Assembly: GCF_009914755.1 (NCBI RefSeq)
Contig: NC_060941.1
Reading direction: 5' to 3' (one strand)
DNA: 64,000 nucleotides
Origin: the human T2T-CHM13v2.0 reference genome, Homo sapiens
Shown here: positions 53,733 through 64,000 of the stretch, piece by piece
Layout: every line of letters starts with the position of its first letter
Numbering within the stretch: position 1 is the first letter of the stretch
Notes under the pieces: model-generated
Told to the model about the DNA's origin: nothing
Seen by the model: only the letters and a program-made list of their open reading frames with translations
Databases searched by the model: none
Program-made: the position numbers and the translations under genes

Positions 53733-54989
53733 TCTGCGGCTTAATTTTCTTATCTGTAAGATGAGAGGAAAAAATACTAACTGCCTCAAAAGCATAATTG
53801 TTTGAATCAAATGTTATATGAATTGTGAAAACACTTTTAAAACTATAATGTGGTATACATATATTTAATTAAATAATCACTTTCCTAAAAACAAAACTCT
53901 AATCTTGATTGCTGCACCAGCCAAACAGAAGGAAACACTATCGCAGAAGTTCTCACATGGACTAAGAAAATAAGTATACATACTCCCAATTCTTACTGCA
54001 GGTTCTCCAACTTTGGTAAGAGGATAGACTACAACAAGAAAAATTTTATAGGAAGATAAAAAATAGAGAAAACAGGGGTTCAGAAACGACATAAATAAGT
54101 AGCAGAGTTCGAACCGAATCCACTATCTATTTAACTTCACATCCTAGTCAGGGGTGGACTTGTGACCTGTGCAGGGTTTGGTGCTTGAAGGGTCCCAGAA
54201 TTGGTGTAATGCTCTGCTGTCTTGAAATTCTTGTTTCTCAACAACAGCCCCTGCCTTTTCACTTTGCACCAGGCCCTGAAAATTACATGGCTGTCCTGCT
54301 CACAACCTTTTACTAGACTAGAGGATAAGGACAATAGCTTAGCTTAGTCTCTCAATGATTCTATATATAAGGATCACTGCTAACTTAAAGGATATTCCCC
54401 AAAAAGAAAACTTTGAATCAGGCTGAAGATTACGTATTTGTAGTATCTGAATTCTGAAGTTAGCCAAATACTTAGTAAAAGCCAATTTAATTAAAAAGTG
54501 TTAGCCCTAATAATAAATGCAAATATGACTTGCCTTTCTTTCCTAATGCTCCATCAGATCCTAATAGGGCAAAAGGTGATGTTAGTATATGAAATACCTG
54601 AATCTAATCTAACTGACTTCCCATTAAAAAACCCAACAAAAGGCCCTAGTGATTGTAGTTTACCTTTGGTTTTTTTATTTGATATCTGCGTTCTCACAGT
54701 AAGCAAAGCAACACTCACACAGAAATCATTTCTGGAGAGAAATCTCCAATACATCACAATTTAATTAAATTGCATCCTTTAAAAAAGTTTTCTTTTCTGC
54801 TCCTGCTGACTGCAGAAACAGCTAGTGATTTTTCTCTGAGTGGAGCTGAAAGGCCAAAGCTGATGAACTGAACATCTCTCTGGCTGCAATTCAGTTTTTG
54901 ATGCCTCCATGTCAAAACAACTGCTTTCTCCTTAAAGCTGGATTGACCTCGCAGTATCTGTTTTGACCTCTGAACTCCTTATCAGTCAC

Positions 54990-55213
54990 CTTTGGTCTCT
55001 GACAGTAGGTGGACAGGCCAACCACAGAGGTCCACTCTCCAGTGAACAAAGGCTTGCTATGTAAAACAGATGAGCTGCGGGCAGAGATCCGATCTGAAGA
55101 GAAGGTGCTGAACTCATCCTCTGTTCCAGCACCATGTCCAGAACTGCTGCCACTACAAAGTGAAACTTCACCCAAAAGCACTTTCCCTGTCTGTGATTTA
55201 AACACACCTTCAT
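54990..55213 (-). CDS. Weaker candidate alternative SSH2 5' coding exon (MKVCL…/MVLEQRM…VRDQ-S)
   Basis: Open frame in unique DNA ending at phase-2 donor AAG|gtgact; internal gacATGG at 55135. Confidence 0.25.
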
Positions 55214-56099
55214 TAAGGAAGCATCGCAGTCTCAAAGAGAGGCAGGCAACCAACACTACAGAAACCAGCAGTAATAGACAAGAAACCTCCTTCCTGTCTA
55301 TTCTTTTTCTTTTATTTTATTACCCTCTTTTTTTTTTTCAGTAAATTTGCCATAGGTGCCTATGGATACTGTTTAGATCTGCTGGTGACATTTAAAGAAA
55401 GAGCCTTTGAGAAACATGCATACTTTTCTCTTTTCTCCTATATTCAATACTCATATAGCCTAAAAGATGGAAACTGGTTCAAGAATTTAAATGACTTGTT
55501 CCCTAAAAAGTTAATCTCCTCACCTTTGTGAAATATATCAAGTGCTTTCTATAAATAAGGGCAGGAAATGCTAACTTCATAAGCATAGTCCTAGTCATTA
55601 AAATAATTTGATCATCTTCTAAAATTTAAGTATGATAGTAACACAGTAATATGGAAAATCTCAATATACTTAACACTTCCTAAACAGCACAATGAAATGT
55701 TGTTCAAGGTCTGAATTAATTTGCTACAGGACCTAAGCAAGTCTGTTTGCTTATCTTTTGGCTTTAAAATTCTTTAAGTCTAAAATGGTGATAATTTTAG
55801 AATAAACTGACAATGTGGGGAACAAACTTAAATTCACAAACACTACCCATATGCTCAAAAACTCTCTGGGATAATTAGTTTCTTCATTGTAACTATTGAT
55901 GTACTATTATTTCATCTTTCCATTAGTTCTACTCAAATAGCTCACAAACTAGAGCATGTTTCACCAGTACTTAGGTATGAAACAGGGTCTTGATAACAAA
56001 GACAAGTAAGAATCAATTTTTCTGGGTCTTCAAGTAGCTCAGGTGAACTGAAAGAATCATATTTTTAAAAACTTTTATTTATAATTTCAGAAGCATTAG

Positions 56100-56460
56100 A
56101 AATATGAATTACTACAACTGTTGATGGGAGTGTAGACTGGTCCAACTGGTGAGCAAACCAGCAATCTGTATCAAAAGCCCTAGAAATATGTATGTCCTTT
56201 GTCCTAGCAATCCCAGAATTGACCCTTAGGATATGTCTTTTAGGGACATGGGCAAAGATTGAAGCATAAGGATGTTCATTAGGTGAGGTTTTGTTTATAA
56301 CTGCAAAAAACTGGACATAATCAAAATGTTCAACAATCGGATTGAATATGAATCAGTCTTATGGAAAACAAACAACCAGTTAAAAGGATATGAAAGAAAT
56401 GCATTTGGGGACAATGGCAGGATGTTCTCAATATGCTGAAATGAAAATAATGAGGCTGCA
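56100..56460 (+). mobile_element. Old L1M remnant
   Basis: tgttgatgggagtgtagactggtccaac…ctagcaatcccag…ggatgttcatt. Confidence 0.55.
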
Positions 56461-56489
56461 AAGCAATAGACACGAAACAATCCCCCTCC

Positions 56490-58080
<1,591 letters not shown>

Positions 58081-58761
58081 ACAGAAGTTCATTTTTAAGC
58101 TGAGTTCATTATCAACTTTACTGTATATAATGGTAGAGAGTTCTTTTTTTAAATGCCTAGGGGATTCTCCATTTGGAAATTTCTCCTGAAGTTATTTATA
58201 AGATTGCCATAAAGAAGAGCACTGACATTCAATATTTATTTGTTGATTTTGATTCTAATTGAGGAAGAGGCTAGATTTGTTTTTTTTTTTAAGCATAACG
58301 AACTTTTTCATTATGACACTATCATTTTCTGACAAATGGGGCATATGGCCTTCCTGAGAATTTCTCCAAGCATCTAAAGTAGCAACAAAACAAGAAGAGA
58401 AAATTCCAGTAGCATGGGCATAGTAGACTACGATAACTGGGACTGACTATGGGAGAGCCACAGGGGTGAATAAGCCCCGGCACACTAATAACCAGGATTA
58501 AAGCGTGTTCTTAACAAATGTACTCAAGCACTTCCAAGGGGAAACAATAAAAAAAGTATGATTAAAGCAATAGTTTTTCATCTTTACATTAGAGATAACT
58601 AGCTAGTCTACTACATTATTCACTTTTAATTTTGAAAAAAATTATACTGGGTTTAAATTCATTTGGTTAGAATCACTAAATGTTATGAAATATGCAGTTT
58701 CTCTTACCTAGTTTCAGTATGCCATTTTTCTTGGCATAGGCATTATTAGGGCATAATTTCT

Positions 58762-58762
58762 T

Positions 58763-58795
<33 letters not shown>

Positions 58796-59253
58796 TTTTT
58801 ACAAAACAAAACGCTTTTATTTGGTCCATTGGAGCCTGAGTCGGAAGCCACTGTGGAGAATCCTATCATAAAGGAATGGGGCTGACAGTTGATAAAATAG
58901 TCTCTGTGTCACAAGAGCGGGCCGTATTCACAGGGTTAAAAATATTCACAGCTCAGAGTACAGGGACGCCAAAGGGCAGTGGGAATGTTTCTCTAGGTGA
59001 AAAGGCCCCAGAAGCCCCTGCTGGGGTAGGAGGGGGAGTGGGGGGCGCAGCTGGCCCGCTGCCGGGGGTGAGGGGCCAGGTGGGCCGGGTGGGGATGCAG
59101 GAAGCTGGGCTCAGACGTCCACACACTCCTGGGTTTCTGTGGGGAGGTGGGAGCGGCTGAGTCCTGCCGATGCCCAAGATGGGCTGGGGTCCCTCTCTGG
59201 CAGGGCCAGGCCGAGGGACAGGGTTGGCTGAGGAGCCTGCTGGTCCCGGCGTG
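58762..59253 (-). pseudogene. 5'-truncated retrocopy of an unidentified GC-rich mRNA 3' end
   Basis: 18-bp TSD tattagggcataatttct (58744-58761, 59254-59271), about 39-nt A-rich tail, AATAAA at 58821-58816, GC/CpG-rich body in AT-rich surroundings. Confidence 0.9.
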
Positions 59254-59646
59254 TATTAGGGCATAATTTCTAACTTTTTAGTAGCTGCAGTATCTCTTTT
59301 TTGACTCAATATCATTAAATTATCATTTGGGCTTAATGTAACATGGCATTTATATAGTTCTTGATCTTTACTGATAATGTATAATCACAGGCTTACTATT
59401 TGTATGGAAGATTCTCATATCCACTAGGGTGATTTTCACGTGTATTTGACTTAGAAACTAAAGAGTTGTACATTGCTTATATAGAACATTAAATACATTA
59501 AGCCATTAATTGGCAACTAGGCCATTAAACTAGTAACCAAGCCAATAACAACAAGGAAAAATAGCTATCAGCACACCCTTCCCCTTATAGCTCACTCCAT
59601 TGTAAATATTATAAGCCCTCTGTGTCATGGGAATAACCCTGCCTAC

Positions 59647-59687
59647 CACGTGATGCTGATGTAATAATAATATCTAAAGCTAAGCAC
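59647..59687 (-). other. Candidate 41-nt cryptic/poison exon
   Basis: ttctttctcttcttcctccag| acceptor and GTG|gtaggc donor; (CA)22 lies about 40 nt upstream in the transcript. Confidence 0.25.
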
Positions 59688-59727
59688 CTGGAGGAAGAAG
59701 AGAAAGAAGTTTTGCTTTGGATTACTT

Positions 59728-59729
<2 letters not shown>

Positions 59730-59773
<44 letters not shown>
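59730..59773. repeat. (GT)22 microsatellite; (CA)n in the SSH2 transcript
   Basis: Read directly. Confidence 0.97.
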
Positions 59774-59775
<2 letters not shown>

Positions 59776-59875
59776 AAATAAACAAACCATAAAGCCACTA
59801 GCAGATAGTTTAATGATTTCTGTTCTTGTGTTGCCTGTGGGGATTTCACATTGTGCTCACAGTCACTGGTACTGA

Positions 59876-60334
<459 letters not shown>

Positions 60335-61108
60335 TGATACCCTTCTGTTCTCTGAATTTCTAAAGCACAAATTGTACTGTTCATCTGACACTTACCATGC
60401 AATAAATTGTGCTCTTATTTATCCCTTCATTGACGTCTTATTTCCTCAACAAACTGAGTATCCTGTCTTCAGGAACCATGTCTTGTACTTCTTTTTTATC
60501 TCTTACTTCTTACACAGAATAGATGCAATTTAGGATAATGATGGAAATGACAGAATGTTTACCATCATGCTAGTGTGCCACTCTAATTATTTCTCCTATA
60601 ATTTGGCTCATATCAAAAGAGCAAAATGAGCAAAAATTTAAGCTACCATATCGTATTTAATCCTCATAGGTATTATAAGTTCCATTTTACTGATGAGGAA
60701 ACTAAGGTTTAGGGTGATTATATAATATGTTCAAAGTCACACAGATAATAAATGATGAACTCTGGAGCTCAGGTCCATTTCATTTCAAACACTGCACTAT
60801 TACTGTTAGGTACAATAACAAATGGCAAGTAGTTATTCTGAATATGTGACCCAATAAATCTTTTAAGAGTTTTTAAAGAGAATGTTTAAGGAACGGGATA
60901 CTTTAAGAATTAAGTGTGAGATTTTATTGAGGAGGGAAGGGCATCACAGAGGTAGGATTAACACAATGATAGATATCAAGTCTGTTCAAAGGGACTTCAA
61001 AGAGGTTCAGTTTTATTTGTTGTTTGAATCCATTTATTTCACTCATCTCTTAGGAAGAGAGATTTACATTGAGAATTCACATCCTGCCACAGAAACCCCA
61101 ATTTTTCA

Positions 61109-61491
<383 letters not shown>

Positions 61492-62963
61492 TCATGAGAA
61501 CTGTGTATATTAACATTAAGAGAAAGAGTAACTTAAAAGGGACGTGGGTCAGAGGAGAGTCCTGAAGAAATGGCATCTCCCAAGAGCTCTGTTGTAAGTG
61601 ATATTTATTTAAAATCAGAGGAAAAAAACTCTCATTCAATTTAGCCCTCATGGAGACTAACTGGTTTTTATGACACAAAATTCAGAGAACAGCAGAGACA
61701 AAAATGCACCAATAAGATGCCAAGCTCATAAACCTGACCAGCTTTTTGCTGGGGTGATGAAGTATGCTTAAAGTGTTGCTTAAGTTGCAAACAGATAAAG
61801 CCATATGTAGCATAAACTTTTCCGCAGTCACTACAGAAGACAATCAATATAAAGTCCACAATTAGAACGCTCAGGACTTGAAATATCCTGTTATGGATCA
61901 CGAATATCCATGTAAATTTTGATGGATAAATATTAAGTACAGATGATAAAAGTAACAACCATAACTGGAATTTTTATTGTTATTTCTTGTGAATAATTAT
62001 CTCACGTGATATCCAAAATGTCCTGAAATGAGGCAGGTACCATCCTCAAACAAACATATACAACAATTTAAATAGTTTAGTTCATTACCAAAAAAAATCA
62101 AATAATTCTACTTCTTCTACCCTGGAAACCTAAATTGTTACAACTTTTAAAGAAAGCTTATAATTGGCTAATACTGAGGCTTCTCTTTATTTAGGAGTGA
62201 TTCAAACCTCTGGATTTTGTAGCTTTACCAAGTGTAACTAAGCCAAATCCCTCGAATTACTAAAAGAGGGGTTATACCCCTCTAAAAATAGATTAATGCA
62301 GAAAACACAAGTTGTTAAATTCACACAACATGCAAAAAGGGTGAGCCCAGATTTGCCCTTTGGTGTGCAACAAGAACAATCTATTTATAAATTACTGGCT
62401 ACACCCTTTCCAAATGACAGGAACACCTAAAAAGGCCTTGATGTTCTTAGCATATTTCTTTAAGGTAAACTTAATTATGTTAGTTATACAGCAACCATCC
62501 TGTATCATTCAACGATGCAAAGCTAACTCTAACCCTAACTAAAAATAGGATACTGATTTTTTCTTTCCACCTTAGAAATTGTAAAGTATGTGAAAGATTC
62601 AGAAATTGTGTGATAACATCTACATCACTGTTCTTTAGCCCCAAGGCAGTTTAACATATGGTAGATTAAGAGGACTCCCATTTACTGGAAGGACCCAAGA
62701 GCAGATGGGAGCAAGATGATCTACAGCAGTTTCAGCCTCTCTATTATTGCGAGACCCAACAGCTCTTGGAAACAGAGACTGACAACATCTTTAGTTATTT
62801 GGCTTTGGGCAGTGTTTATCAGTGTTAAGTCTAGAGACACTTTCCAATTTCAGGAGTAAATATAGGTGAGCACAAAGGCAAATAGTAGTAGTTTAGAAAA
62901 AAAAAGAAATCCATTCTAGACTTATCAAAAAGAAATCTTGACTTGAGCACATCACTACCTTAC

Positions 62964-63019
62964 CATTCCTGTTCATCTTCATTGTGCAGATTTACTTCTC
63001 AGTTAACTTGGCTAAGCAT
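62964..63019 (-). other. Candidate stop-interrupted alternative first exon (MLSQVN*EVNLHNEDEQE-C)
   Basis: atcATG, 18 codons + TG, strong donor ATG|gtaagg in phase 2, TATAAAA at 63058-63052; in-frame TGA at 63001-62999. Confidence 0.3.
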
Positions 63020-63744
63020 GATTCCAAGAAAGCCAAAGTTGAGAGCTCTTTTTTTATACCCCTCAGTTATAGGTTAATTACTGCTCTGCTGATTTTAAAC
63101 AATCACAAGGGTGGATAAAGCCACAGAAAGTTACCACCAATAATAAAAACACAAATGCATCTTTATACTTTGACAGGGGATCATTAACTGTTCTTTCACA
63201 TTTGAAGGCCATAACACCCAGAAGATTCACTAGATGTAAACCAATTTGATCACTTTCTTAAAAATACTAAATTTTAAGGCTATATTCTCTAAGGATCAAA
63301 AATAACCACAAAAAGTCAGTATTAATTTAAAATCAAAGAGGCATCTCGTACCTCTCTTAAATATTAATATTAGTCTCTTTATCCACCAAAAAGAGAAAAA
63401 AAAAGCCCTTAAACCATAAATGAATGCCTGGTTTCAATTACTCAATTATCAATTATTCAGTTATGCTTGCCCATTTCTGTAGAAGACAAGATCTAGATTT
63501 TAAGAGCATCACAGATGATAATTATATTTATTCAATGCAAACATGGAAATTTAAAAATGTGAGTGGTAAAAAAAATTCATAAAATAAAAAATACTTGGAA
63601 TAAAACTTCTTGGTTCTAAGCTTTAAAATACAGATAATCCTACTACAGAGCTGTTTCAGAGCACAGAAAAAAATGAAAAACTACCCAAATCATTCTGTAA
63701 ATCAGACATAAGCTGGACGAAGACAGCAAAGATTCAATAAATAT

Positions 63745-64000
63745 TTAGATCCCTAAATGCAAAACCTTAAATATTTGTAAACCAAGCCTAGCAATATGTT
63801 AAATGAATAACGCAAAAAGGGTGTAGTTCAGTTATGTAAGGATGATTCAACTTCAATAATTCAATGTGTCATTACATTAGCAGTAAAGGGGAAAATATTA
63901 TTCCGTAGATATAAAAAAGCAGTCAGTAAAATTCAACTATACCTAACTGAAAAATCTTTGTAAATTAGCAATAGTAAGAAATGGCCTCAGCTTGATAAAT
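63745..64000 (+). mobile_element. Old L1 ORF2 remnant
   Basis: aatgcaaaaccttaaat…aaggatgattcaac…taaaattcaac resemble decayed L1 RT-region sequence. Confidence 0.5.

Noticed and set aside
58876-59177. Gly/Pro-rich ORFs on both strands
   Set aside because: Expected from GC-rich, UTR-like retrocopy sequence; no recognisable protein

Overview
Human/primate genomic DNA, AT-rich and very Alu-dense (about 55 Alu copies or fragments plus L1, L2, MIR, LTR and DNA-transposon relics). The whole window appears to lie inside the minus-strand gene SSH2 (slingshot cofilin phosphatase 2). Two constitutive coding exons are present, 17850-17953 (ISESFLTVKGAALFLPRG...KHA) and 10351-10415 (GDLQQHLQAMFILLRPEDNIRL), both with canonical splice sites and matching phases; the rest is intron. 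The long upstream intron holds a rearranged RPL21 retrocopy (31152-31615) and a young, TSD-flanked retrocopy of a GC-rich mRNA 3' end (58762-59253) that carries a sense AATAAA. The most interesting signal is a set of unique-sequence, ATG-initiated ORFs (47599-47762, 54990-55213, 62964-63019) that each end at a phase-2 GT donor fitting in frame onto the 17953 acceptor. This suggests an array of alternative first exons giving SSH2 variable N-termini, one possibly disabled by a TGA. It is an inference and needs RNA-seq/CAGE and conservation checks. Other oddities: a nested fold-back rearrangement of an AluY tail (10958-11886), two near-perfect hairpins in unique DNA, a target site used twice, an inverted Alu fusion, and a CA-repeat-flanked candidate poison exon. 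Most ORFs in the supplied track are Alu/L1 artefacts. No CRISPR array, rRNA or tRNA was seen. Repeat boundaries and subfamily calls were made by eye and are approximate.
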